A DNA stretch of 64,000 bases from the human T2T-CHM13v2.0 reference genome, Homo sapiens: assembly GCA_009914755.4 (NCBI GenBank), contig CP068257.2:992001-1056000 (forward strand), written 5' to 3'. Numbering within the stretch: the first letter of the stretch is position 1; every line of letters starts with the position of its first letter. Shown here one piece after another: positions 1-15,400 of the stretch. Made by a program: the position numbers and the translations under genes. The notes under the pieces were generated by a model that searched no databases, was not told the DNA's origin, and saw nothing but the letters and a program-made list of their open reading frames with translations.

Positions 1-2325
1 TACAGGGTGTTTTGTGAACTATCCCTGCAATGGTCACCCAGGTGATGTACCACTTGTCAACGCTCTGCCTACAGGGGCATTGCGAGATATGTCTGCACTG
101 ATCACCTAGGTCAAGTAACTCTTTTATAAGCTCTGCCAACAGTGGCATTCTGACATATCTCTGCACTGATCACCCAGGTGACGTAACTCTTTTCTAGGAT
201 CTGCTTACAGGGTGCTTGGTGACATATCCCTGCAATGATCACCCAGGTGATGTACCACTTGTCAAGGCTCTGCCTACAGGGACATTGCGTTTTATCTCTG
301 CACTGATCACCTAGGTCATGTAACTCTTTTCTAGGCTCTGCCTATAGTGGCATTGTGACATATCTCTGCCCTGATCATCCAAGTGATGTAACTATTGTCT
401 AGGATCTGCCTAAAGGGACTTTGTGACATAACTCTGCACTGATCATCCAGGTGATGGGGCTTTTGTCTAGGCTCTCCTAAGGAGGCATTGTGACATATTT
501 TTGCACTGATCACCCAGGTGATGGACTCCTGTCTTGGATCTGCCTATGGGGGCATTGTGACATATCTCTGCACTGATCACACAGGTGATGTAACTGTTGT
601 ATAAGCTCTGCCTACAGGAGAATTGTGAGAGATCTCCCCACTTATCACTCAATTGATGTAACTATTGTCTAGGGTTTGCCTAAAGGGGGCTTTGTGACAT
701 ACCTTTTCACTGGTCACCCAGGTGATGTAACTCATCTAAGTTCTGCCTACAGAAGCTTTCTGAGATATCGCTGCACTGATCACTTAGGTGATGTAACACT
801 TTTATAAGCACTGCCTACAGGGAATTTTGACAAATCTCTGCACTGATAACGTAGGTGATGTAACTCTTTTCTAGGATCTGCCTACAGGGTGCTTTGTGAC
901 ATATCCCTGCAATGATCACCCAGGTGATGTACCACTTCTCAAGGCTCTGCCTACAGGGACATTGCGAAGTATCTCTGCACTGATCTCCGAGGTCATGTAA
1001 CTCTTGTCCACTCTCTGCCTATAGGGGGCATTGTGAAATATCTCTGCACTGATCACCCAGGTGTTGGGACTCTTCTCTATACTCTGCCTATAGGGGAATT
1101 TGTGACATACCTCTGCACTCATCACCCACGTGATGGAAGACTTGTCTGGTCTCTGTCTATGGTGGCATTGTGTCAAATATCTGCACTGATCACCCAGGTG
1201 ATTTAACTCTTGTCTAGGCTCTGTCTACAGGGATTTGTGTGACATATCACTGCACTGATCACCTAGATGATGTAAGCCTTGTTTAGGTTTGCCTACAGAA
1301 GGCTTTGTGACATATCTATGCACTGATCTCTGAGGTGATGCTACTCTTGTCTAGGCACTGCCTACAGGGGACATTGGTACATATCTCTGCACTGATCACC
1401 CAGGTGATGGACACTTGTCTTAGATCTGCCTACATGGACATTGTGACACATCTCTGAACTGATCAACCAAGTGATGAAATTCTTGTCTAGGCTCTGCCTT
1501 CAGGGCCTTTGTGACACATCTCTGCACTGATCACCCTGGGGAGGGAACTCTTGTCTACGCTCTGCCTACAGGAGGCTTTATGACTTTTACCTGCACTGAT
1601 AACCCAGGTGATGTAACACTTGTCTAGGCTCTGCCTACACGGGAATTCTCACATATCTCTGTACTGATCACCCGGGTGATGTAATTCCTTTCTAGGTTCA
1701 GCCTACAGGAGCGTTTTGACATATCTCTGCACTGATCACCCAGATGATGTAACCCTTGTCTAAGCTCTGCCTACAGGGGCATTGTGACAGATCTCTCCAC
1801 TGCTCACCCAGGTGATGTAACAATTGTCTGGGCTTTGCCTACAGGGGGCTTTGTGATATACATTTCCACTGATCAAACAGGTGATGTAACCCTTGTCAAG
1901 GTTCTGCTTACAGGGGCTTTGTGACATATCTCTACACTGATCACCCCAGGGAGGAAACACTTGTCTACTCTATGTCTACAGGAGACTTTACGACTTATCC
2001 CTGCACTGATCACTAGGTGATGTAACACTTGTCTAGGATCTGTCTGCACGGGAATTTTCACATATCGCTACATTGATCACCTAAGTGATGTAACCCTTGT
2101 TTACGTTCAGCCTACTGGGGATTTCTGACATAACTATGCACTGATCAACGAGTTGATGTATATCATTTCCAGGCTTTTGGTACAGGGGACATTGTGATGT
2201 ATCTCTGCACTGATCACCCAAATGATGCAAACCTTCTCTAGGCTCCGCACGGAGGAGGCATTGTGACATATTTCTGTACTGATCATCCAGGAGATTTAAC
2301 TATTCTCCAGGCTTTGACTAAAGAG
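1..2325. repeat. Beta-satellite array (68-bp Sau3A/GATC monomers), orientation A (monomer reads gatcacccaggtgatgtaac...ctgcact on the + strand). The last ~1.15 kb is the conserved proximal-flank monomer series P1-P17 preceding a D4Z4-like unit.
   Basis: Visible 68-bp periodicity: gatcacccag gtgatgtaac tcttgtctag gctctgccta caggggcatt gtgacatatc tctgcact = 68 bp, repeated head to tail with 10-25% divergence. AT-rich; GATC at each monomer start. Confidence 0.9.
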
Positions 2326-3025
2326 CTTCGGAAGGTGTTGCGAGAGCCTCAGCTGGAATTTCACGGATGGACAAGGGCACAGAGAGGCCAGCGGACTCCC
2401 TTGCACGTCAGCCCGAGCACGCAATGAACGCAGGTCTAACCAGGAGTCCGGCAAAGACGGCTAGAGGTCTGCGTTCCGCCGCCAGCCTCTCCATGGTGGC
2501 AGCTGGGAGGCTGCAGGGGCACGGAAGGGCCAGCGACGGTGGTGTGGAGGCACAGAGGAGGCGAGCTGCCGGAGGGGTGTCAGGCCTGGACGCTGCGTGG
2601 GCCCAGTGTTTTGCAGGATGTGGGTCTCCACCCAGCCCAGGGGAAGATTCATTTTCCTTGGGTGGGTGGTGGGGTTGGTGAGGGTGTGGTCAGGCGGGGG
2701 TGGGTTGCTGGAAAGGCATGATAACTCTGTCCAGCTGCTCCCAAAGCTCAGGCGGCTGCCCGCAAACCCGCGCGTGCGCAGTGGGCGGCCCACCTGCTGG
2801 TACCTGGCCCGGAACTGGTATCCCCGGGATGCCCAGGAAAGAATGGCAGTTCTCAGCTGTGTGTAGTCCCTCACCGGGCCTGGACCAAGAAGGCAGGAAT
2901 CCCAGGCCGGTCAGTCCAGTGAAGGGGGCGTGGGGAAGACACGCCCCTCCATAGCCAGCCAGGTGTTCCCTGCGATATAGAGGCCACCGCCCTGCCCCGA
3001 CCCGACCCCGTCCCAACCCCGCGTC

Positions 3026-4465
<1,440 letters not shown>

Positions 4466-5090
4466 TCATGAATGGTGGTGAGCCCTGGGACAGCCCGCCC
4501 CACCCCGGAATGGTCCCAGGGCATCGAGGTCTGTGGCCGGGGGGTGGTGTGATGGGGTGGGAGGGCGTGGTGATGGTGGTGGTGGGGCCGGAGAGACGAA
4601 GAGGAAGGGGGCAGGGGGGAAGGGGTGAGGGGGGCGCGTTTCACGGGCTGGCTCTCCGGACCTCTCCAGGAATCCCTCGGGAAATGGAAGCCGCTCTCTG
4701 GGCTCCCACGCGTCTTCAGCAGGGAGAAACCGGCCTGGGAGTGTGGAGGCGAGTGTGGAACTGAACCTCTGTGGGAGTCTTGAGTGTTCCAGGCCCTCTC
4801 TCCGTGAAGGAGGCAGTGCCTGTGGGTGTCTCCGTTGCTGGGACAGTCTGACACACGCAGGCATGTGGCTCTCATTCATTTCCACGTAGGAGACCAGAGC
4901 GAGAACCCAGAGAGAAGATGTCTCCCCGGCGTGATGGTCTGACGATGGATTCCCGTGTGCGGCAACATGGGGAGTCTGCAGTGTGGACGGTTTGGAAACT
5001 GGCAAGGAGAGCGAAAGCACCCCGCCGGTCTTCCACCATTCCCTGCATGTTTCCCGGTGCCGGCAGAGCTCTGGGAGCAAAGAGTCAGCC

Positions 5091-8000
5091 TGAAACATCT
5101 CTGAACGGATCAACAAAGTGATGTAAGTCTTGTCTAGACTCTGCCTACAGGGGCTTTGTGATGTATCTCTGCACTGATCACCCAGGTGATGGGACACTTG
5201 TCTAGGCTCTGCCTATGACGGCATTGTGACATATCTCTACACTGACCACCAAGGTGATGTGAGTCTTTTGTTGGATCTGCCTCTGGGGGCATTGTGATAT
5301 ATTTCTGCACTGATCATCCAGGTGATGGGACTCTAGTCTAGGCTGGGTGTATGGGGCTTTGTGACATACCTTTGCACGGACCACCCAGGTGATGTAACTC
5401 ATCTAAGTTCTGCCTACAGGAGCTTTGTGACATATCTCTGCACTGATCACTTAGGTGATGTAACACTTTTATAAGCACTGCCTACAGGGAATTTTGACAA
5501 ATCTCTGCACTGATCACCTAGGTGATGTAACTCTTGTCCGCCCTCTGCCCAAAGGGGCATTGTGAAATATCTCTTAACTGATCACTCAGGTGATTCAACT
5601 CCTGTGTAGGATCTGCCTACAGCAGCGTTTTCACATATCCCTGAAATGATGACAAAGGTGATGTAACTCTTGCCTAGGCTTTGCCTACAGGGCACATTGT
5701 GACATATCTCTGCACTGATCACCCAGGTGATGCAATTCTTCTCTATGCTCTGCCTACAGGGGACATTGTGACATATCACTTCACTGATCACCCAGGTGAT
5801 GCAGCTCTTCTCTATGCTCTGCCTCCAGGGGTCATTGTGATATACCTCTTCACTGATCACCCAGGTGATGTAACTCTTGTCTAGGTTCTGCTTACAAGGG
5901 GTATTGTGACATATCTCTGCACTGATCACCTAAGTGATGTAACACTTGTGTAGGCTATGCCTACAGGGGCATTTAGACATATCTCTGCACTGTTAACCGA
6001 GGTGATGTAACTCTTGTCTAGGCTGTGCCCACAGGGTGATTGAGACATATCTCTGCACTGATCCCGAGGTTATCCAACTCTTGCTTGGTCTCTGCCTACT
6101 GGGGATATTGTGACATATCTCTGCACTGATCTCCCAGGTGCAGTAACTTTATTCTAGGCTCTGGCTACACTGCATTGTGACATATCACTGCACTGATCAT
6201 CCAAGTGATATAACTCTTGTCTAGTCTCTGCATACAGGATTCTTGTGACATATCTCTGCACTGATCACCCAGGTGATGTAACTGTTGTATAAGCCCTGCC
6301 TACAGGGGAATTATGAGAGATCTCGCCACTGATCACCGAAGTGATGTAACTATCGTCAAGGCTTTGCCTACAGGGGGCTTTGTGACATACCTTTGCACTG
6401 ATCACCCAGGTGATGTAGCTCATCTAAGTTCTGCCTACAGGAGCTTTGTGACATATCTCTGCACTGATCCCTTAGGTGATGTAATATTTTTATAAGCACT
6501 GCTACCGGGAATTTTGAAAAATCTCTGCACAGAACACCTAGGTGATGTAACTCTTGTCTACCCTCTGCCCAAAGGGGGCATTGTGAAATATCTCTGCACT
6601 GATCCACTAGGTGATGTAACTAGTGTCTATGCTCTGCCTACAGGGGCGTTTTCACATATCCCTGAACTGATGACAAAGGTGATGTAACTCTTGCCTAGGT
6701 TTTGCCTACAGGGCAAATTGTGACATATCTCTGCACTGATAACCCAGGTGATGCAACTCTTGTCTAGGATCTGCCTACAGCAGAATTTTCACATATCCCT
6801 GAACTGATGACAAAGGTGATGGAACTCTTGCCTAGGCTTTGCCTACAGGGGAAATTGTGACATATCTCTGCACTGATAACCCAGGTGATGCAACTCTTCT
6901 CTATGCTCTGCCTACAGGGGACATTGTGACATATCTCTGCACTGATAACCCAGGTGATGTAACTCTTGTCTAGGCTCTGATTACAGGGGGTATTGGGACA
7001 TATCTCTGCACTGATCACCTAAGTGATGTAACACTTGTGTAGGCTATGCCTACAGGGGCATTTTGACATATCTCTGCACTGTTAACCGAGGTGATGTAAC
7101 TCTTCTCAAGGCTGTCCCCACAGTGGGATTGAGACATATCTCTGCACTGATCCCGAGGTGATCCAACTCTTGCCTGGTCTCTGCCTACTGGGGACATTGT
7201 GACATATCTCTGCACTGATCTCCCAGGTGCAGTAACTTTAGTCTAGGCACTGGCTACATGGCATTGTGACATATCACTGCACTGATCACCCAGGTGTTAT
7301 AACTCTTGCCTAAGCTCTGCCTACAGGGTTCCTGTGACATATCTCTGCACTGATCATCCAGGTGATATAACTCTTCTTTAGGATCTGCCTACAGGGTGCT
7401 TTATGACATATCCCTGCAAAGATCACCCAGGTGATATACCCCTTGTCAAGGCTCTGCCTACAGGGGCATTGCGATGTATCTCTGCACTGATCACCTAGGT
7501 CATGTAACTCTTGTCTAGGCTCTGCCTACAGTGGCATTGTGACATATCTCTTCACTGATTACCCACGAGATGTAACTCTTTTCTAGGATCTGCCTACAGG
7601 GTGCTTGGTGACATATCCCTGCAATGATCAACCAGGTGATGTACCACTTGTCAAGGATCTGCCTACAGGGACATTGCAATGTATCTCTGCACTGATCACC
7701 TAGGTCCTGTAACTCTTTTCTAGGCTCTGCCTACAGTGGCATTGTGACATATCTCTGCACTGATCATCCAAGTGATGTAACTCTTGTCTAGGATCTGCCT
7801 AAAGGGACTTTGTGACATAACTCTGCACTGATCATCCAAGTGATGGGGCTTTTGTCTAGGCTCTGCCTAAGGGGGCATTGTGACATATTTCTGAACTGAT
7901 CAACCAGGTGACGGACTCTTGTCTTGGATCTGCCTATGGGGGCATTGTGACATATCTCTGCACTGATCACCCAGGTGATGCAAGTGTTGTATAAGCTGTG

Positions 8001-9720
8001 CCTACAGGGAAATTGTGAGAGATCTCTCCACTGACCATCCAAGTGATGTAACTATTGTCTAGGCTTTGCCTACATGGGGCTTTGTGACATACCTTTGAAC
8101 TGATCACACAGGTGATATAACTCATCTAAGTTCTGCCTACAGGAGTTTTGTGATATATCTCTGCACTGATCACCCAGGTGATGTAACTTTTGTCTAGGCT
8201 CCACCTACAAGGAGTATTGTGACGTATCTCTGCACTGATCACTCATGTGATGTAACTGTTGTCTAGGCTCCACCTACAGGGTGTATTGTGGCGTATCTCT
8301 GCAGTGATCGCGCTGGTGATGTAACATTTATCCAGGTGCTGCCTACTGGGGAGCTTTGACATAGCTCTGCACAGATCACCTAGGTTATGTAACCCTTGTC
8401 GACTCTCTGCCTACAGGGGGCATTGTGAAATATCTTTGCACTGATCACCCGTGTGATGGGACTCTTCTCTATACTCTGCCTATAGGGGGATTTGTGACAT
8501 ATCTGTGCACTGATCACCCAGGTGATGGAAGTCTTGTCTAGGCTCTGTCTATGGGAGCATTATGTCAAATATCTGCACTGATCACCCAGGTGATGTAACT
8601 CTTGTCTAGGCTCTGTCTACAGGGATTTTTGTGACATATCACTGCACTGATCACCTAGGTGGTGTAAGCCTTGTATGGGCGTTGCCTACAGAAGGCTTTG
8701 TGGCATATCTATGCTCTGATCTGTGAGGTGATGCATCTCATGCCTAGGCACTGCCTACAGGGGACATTGGTACATATCTCTGCACTGATCACCCAGGTGA
8801 TGGACCCTTGACTTAGATCTGCCTACATGGACATTGTGACACATCTCTGAACTGATCAACCATGTGATGAAACTCTTGTCTAGGATCTGACTACAGGGAC
8901 TTTGTGACACATCTCTGCACTGATCACTCTGGGGAGGGAACTCTTTTCTATGCTCTGCCTTCAGGAGGCTTTACGACTTATAACTGCACTGATAACCTAG
9001 GTGATGTAATACTTGTCTAGACTCTGCCTACACTGGAATTCTCACATATCTCTGCAATGATCACCCAGTTGATGTAACTCCTGTCTAGGTTCAGCCTACA
9101 GGAGCGTTTTGACATATGTCTGCACTGATCACCCAGGTGATGTAACCCTTGTCTAAGCTGTGCCTACAGGGGCATTGTGACAGATCTCTCCACTGCTCAC
9201 CCAGGTGATGTAACAATTATCTTGGCTTTGCCTACAGGGGGCTTTCTGATATACATTTCCACTGATGAAACAGGTGATGTAACCTTTGTCAAAGTTCTGC
9301 TTACAGGGGCTTTGTGACATATCTCTGTACTGATCACCCCAGGGTGGAACCACTTTTCTGCACTCCGCCTACAGGAGGCTTTACGACTTATCCCTGCACT
9401 GATCACTAGGTGATGTAATACTTGTCTAAGCTCTGTCTACAAGGGAATTTTCACATATCTCTATACTGATCACCTAAGTGATGTAACCCTTGTCTAGGTT
9501 CAGCCTACTGGGGATTTCTGACATACCTATGCACTGATCACTGAGGTGATGTAAATCATTTCCAGGCTTTCTGTACGGGGGACATTGTGATATATCTCTG
9601 CACTTATCACCCAAATGATGCAAATGTTTTCTAGACTCCACAGGGAGAGGGCATTGTGACATATTTCTGAACGGATCATCTAGGAAGATGTAACTATTCT
9701 CCAGGCTTTGACTAAAGAGC
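5091..9720. repeat. Beta-satellite array, orientation A, about 68 monomers. Begins with distal-flank monomers D1 onward and ends with proximal-flank monomers P1-P17.
   Basis: 68-bp periodicity. The same monomer variants, in the same order, follow and precede each D4Z4-like unit. Examples: gatgggacacttgtctaggctctgcctatg at 5190; cactgctcacccaggtgatgtaacaatt at 9190. Confidence 0.9.
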
Positions 9721-10419
9721 ATCGGAAGGTGTTGGGAGAGCCTCAGCCGGAACTTCATGGATGGACAAGGGCACAGAGAGGCCAGCGGGCTCCCTTGCAC
9801 ATCAGCCGGGGTGCCCAATGAGCGCAGGTCTAGCCAGGAAGCCGGCAAAGAGAGCTAGAGGTCTGCGTTCTGCCGCCAGGTGCTCCATGGTGGCAGCTGG
9901 GAGGCTGCAGGGGTACGGGCGGGTCGGCGACAGTAGCGTGGAGGCGCAGAGGAGGCAAGCCACTGAGGGGTGACAGGCCTGGACGCTGCGCGGGCCCGGT
10001 GTTTCATGGGATGGGGGTCTCCACCTATCCCAGTGGAGGACTCATTTCCTGGGGGTGTGGGGTAGGGTTTGGGTGGGGGTGGTCAGCCGTGGGTGGGTTG
10101 GTGGAAAAGCATGAGAGCTCTGTCTGGGCTGCTCCCACAGCACAGGCGGCTGCCCGCAAAGCCGCGCGTGCACAGTAGGCGGCACACATGCTGGTACCTG
10201 TGCCGGCTCTGGGATCCCCGTGATGCCCAGGAAAGAATGGCAGTTCTCCACTGTGAGGAGCCTCTAACCCGGCCTAGACCTAGAAGGCAGGAATCCCAGG
10301 GCGGTCAGCCCGGTGGAGGGAGCGTGGGGAAGACACGCCCCTCCATACTCAGCCAGGTGTTCCCCGTGAAAGAGAGGCCACCGCCCTACCCAGACCCGAC
10401 CACGACCCCACCCTGCGTC

Positions 10420-11858
<1,439 letters not shown>

Positions 11859-12480
11859 TCATGAATGGCGGTGGGCCTTGGGACAGCCCGCCCCACACCG
11901 GTAGGTTCCCAGGGCTTAGAGGCCTGCGGCCGGGGATGGTTTCGTGGAGGGGGGGAGGGCGTGGTGATGGTGGTCGTGGGGTCAGAGAGACGAAAGGAAG
12001 GGGGCGATGGGGAAGGGGTAACGGTGCCGCGTTTCGGGGGCTGGATCTCCGGACCTTTCCAGGAATCCCGCGGGAACTGGAAGCCACTCTCTGGGCACCC
12101 ACGCATCATCAGCAGGGAGAAACCGGCTTGGGACGGTGGAGGGGAGTGTGGAACTGAACCTCCAATGCAGTCTTGAGTGTTCCAGGCCCTCTCTCCGTGA
12201 AGAAGAGTTCCTGTTGGTGTCACCGTTACCGGGACAGTCTCACACGCCCAGGCTTGTGGCTCTCGTTCATTTCCGTGCAGGAGACCAGAGTGAGATCCCA
12301 GAGAGAAGATGCAACCCGGCGTGATGGCCTGATGATGGATTCCCGTGTGTGACAACATGGGGAGTCTGCAGTGTGGCCGGTTTGGAAACTGGGAAGGAGA
12401 GCGAAGGCACCGTGCCGGTCTTCCACCCTTCCCTGCATGTTTCCGGGTGCCCGCATAGCTCCGGCAGCAAACAGTCAGCA

Positions 12481-15400
12481 TGACACATCTCTGAACTGAT
12501 CAACAAAGTGATGTAACAATCGTCTAGGCTCTAACAACAGGGGCTTTGTGACATATCTCTGCACTGATCACCCAGGTGATGGGACTTTTGTTTAGGCTCT
12601 GCCTATGGTGACATTGTGACATAGTTCTGCACTGATCACACAGGTGATGGGACACTTGTCTAGGCTCTGTGTATGGGGGCTTTGTGACATATCTCTATAC
12701 TGATCCCCCAGGTGATGTAACGCTTGACTAGGCTCTGCCTACGGGGCATAGTGACATATCACTGCATTGATCACCGAGGTGATGTAACTCTTGTCCAGGC
12801 TCTGCCTATAGGGGGCCTTGTGACATATCTCTGCACTGATCATCTCGGTGATGTAACTCTTGCTTACGCTCTGCCTGCAGGGGCATTGTGAAATATGTCT
12901 GCACTGATCACCCAGGTGATGGGACTCTTCTCTAGGCTCTGCCTACTCGGGGCATTGTCACATATTTCTGCACTGATCACCCAGGTGACGGACACTTGTC
13001 TTGGATTTGCCTATGGGGGCATTGTGACATATCTCTGCACTGATCACCCAGGTGATGTAACTCTGGTCTAAGCTCTGCCTAAATGGACATTGTGACAGAT
13101 CTCTGCAATGATCACTCAGGTGATATAACAATTGTCTAGGCTCTGCTTAAAGGGGCCTTGTCACATATCTCTGCACTGATCACCCAGGTGATGTAACACT
13201 TGTCTAGGCTCTGCTTACAGGGGGTATTGTGACATATCTCTGCACTGATCACCTAAGTGATGTAACACTTGTGTAGGCTCTGCCTACAGGGGCATTTTGA
13301 CATTTCTCTGCACTGTTAACCGAGGTGATGTAACCCTTGTCTAGGCTGTGCCCACAGGGTGATTGAGACATATCTCTGCACTGATCCCGAGGTGATCCAA
13401 CTCTTGCCTGGTCTCTGTCTACTGGGGACATTGTGATATATCTCTGCACTGATCTCCCAAGTGCTGTAACTTTACTCTAGGCTCTGGCTACACGGCATTG
13501 TGACATATCACTGCACTGATCACCCAGGTGATATAACTCTTGTCTAGGCTCTGCCTACAGGGGGCTTGTGACATATATCTGCACTGATCACCCAGGTGAT
13601 ATAACTCTCGTCTAGGCTCTGCCTACAGGGTGCTTTGTGACATGTCCCTGCACTGATCACCCAGGTGATGGGACTCTTGTCTAGGCTCTGCCAAAAGTGA
13701 CATTGTGACATATCTCTGCACTGATCACCCAGGTGATGTAACTCTTTCCTAGGATCTGCTTACAGGGTACTTTGAGACATATCCCTGCAATGATCACCCA
13801 GGTGATGTACCACTTGTCAAGGCTCTGCCTACAGGTACATTGCGAAGAATTTCTGCAATGATCACCTAGGTCATGTAACTGATTGATGTAACTATTGTCT
13901 AGGATCTGCCTAAAGGGACTTTGTGACATAACTCTGCACTGATCATCCAGGTGATGGGGCTTTTGTCTAGGCTCTGCCTAAGGGGCATTGTGACATATTT
14001 CTGCACTGATAACCCAGGTGACGGATTCCTGTCTTGGATCTACCTATGGGAGCATTGTGACATATCTCTGCACTGATCACACAGGTGATGTAACTGTTGT
14101 ATAAGTTCTGCCTACAGGGGAATTGTGAGAGATCTCGCCACTGATCACTCAATTGATGTAACTATTGTCTAGGCTTTGCCTAAAGGTGGCTTTCTGACAT
14201 ACCTTTTCACTGATCACCCAGGTGATGTAATTCTTCTAAGTTCTGCCTACAGGAGCTTTCGGACATATCTCTGCACTGATCACTTAGGTGATGTAACACT
14301 TTTATAAGCACTGCCTACAGGGAATTTTGACAAATCTCCACACTGATAACCTAGGTGATGTAACTCTTTTCTAGGATCTGCCTACAGGGTGCTTTGTGAC
14401 ATATCCCTGCAATGATCACCCAGGTGATGTACCACTTGTCAAGGCTCTGCCTACAGGGACATTGTGATGTATCTCTGCACTGATCACCTAGGTCATGTAA
14501 CTCTTGTCTAGGCTCTGCCTACAGTGGCATTGTGACATATCTCTGCACTGATCATCCACGTAATGTAACAGTTGTATAAGCTCTGCCTACAGGGGAATTG
14601 TGAGAGATCTCTCCACTGATCACGCAAGTGATGTAACTATTGTCTAGGCTTTGCCTACAGGGGGCTTTGTGACGTACCTTTGCACTGATCACCCAGGTGA
14701 CGTAACTCATGTAAGTTCTGCCTACAGGAGCTTTTTGACATATCTCTGTACTGATCACTTACGTGTTGTGACACTTTTATAAGCACTGCCTACAGGGAAT
14801 TTTGACAAATCTCTGCACTGATCACCTAGGTGATGTAACTCTTGTCTACACTCTGCCCAAAGGGGGCATTGTGAAATATCTCTGCACTGATCACCCACGT
14901 GATTCAACTCTTGTCTAGGATCTGCCTACAGGGGGTATTGTGAGATATCTCCTCACTGATCAACTAGGTGATGTAAATATTGTCTAGGCTCTGCGTACAG
15001 GGGCATTTTCACATATCCCTGTACTGATGACAAAGGTGATGTAACCCTTGCCTGGGCATTGCCTACAGGGGATGTTGTGACATAAGTCTGCACTGATCAC
15101 CCAGGTGATGCACCTGTTCTCTATGCTCTGCCTACAGAGGACATTGTGACATATCTCTGCACTGATCACCCAGGTGATGTCACTTTTCTCAAGGATATGT
15201 CTACAGGGACATTGTGACACGTCACTGCACTGATCACACAGCTGATGTAACTACTGTGTAGGCTCTGGCTACAGGGGGCTTGTGACACATCTCTGCACTG
15301 ATCACCCAGGTGATGTAACCTTTGTCTAGGCTCTGCCAAAAGAGGGCATTATGACATAACTCTGCACTGATCACCCAGGTGATGGGACTCCTGTCTAGGC

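Noticed and set aside
5582-5929. Dozens of 60-146-aa ORFs inside the beta-satellite (e.g. 5582..5929(-), 37498..37938(-), 43002..43406(-)), with repetitive peptides such as ...ISAEICHNAPIGRSKTRVHHLGDQCR....
   Set aside because: These are frame-preserving artefacts of a 68-bp repeat that lacks stop codons in one frame, so a 204-bp span keeps the frame over three monomers. The peptides are low-complexity, differ between copies only through monomer divergence, and have no start context or homology. They are not genes.
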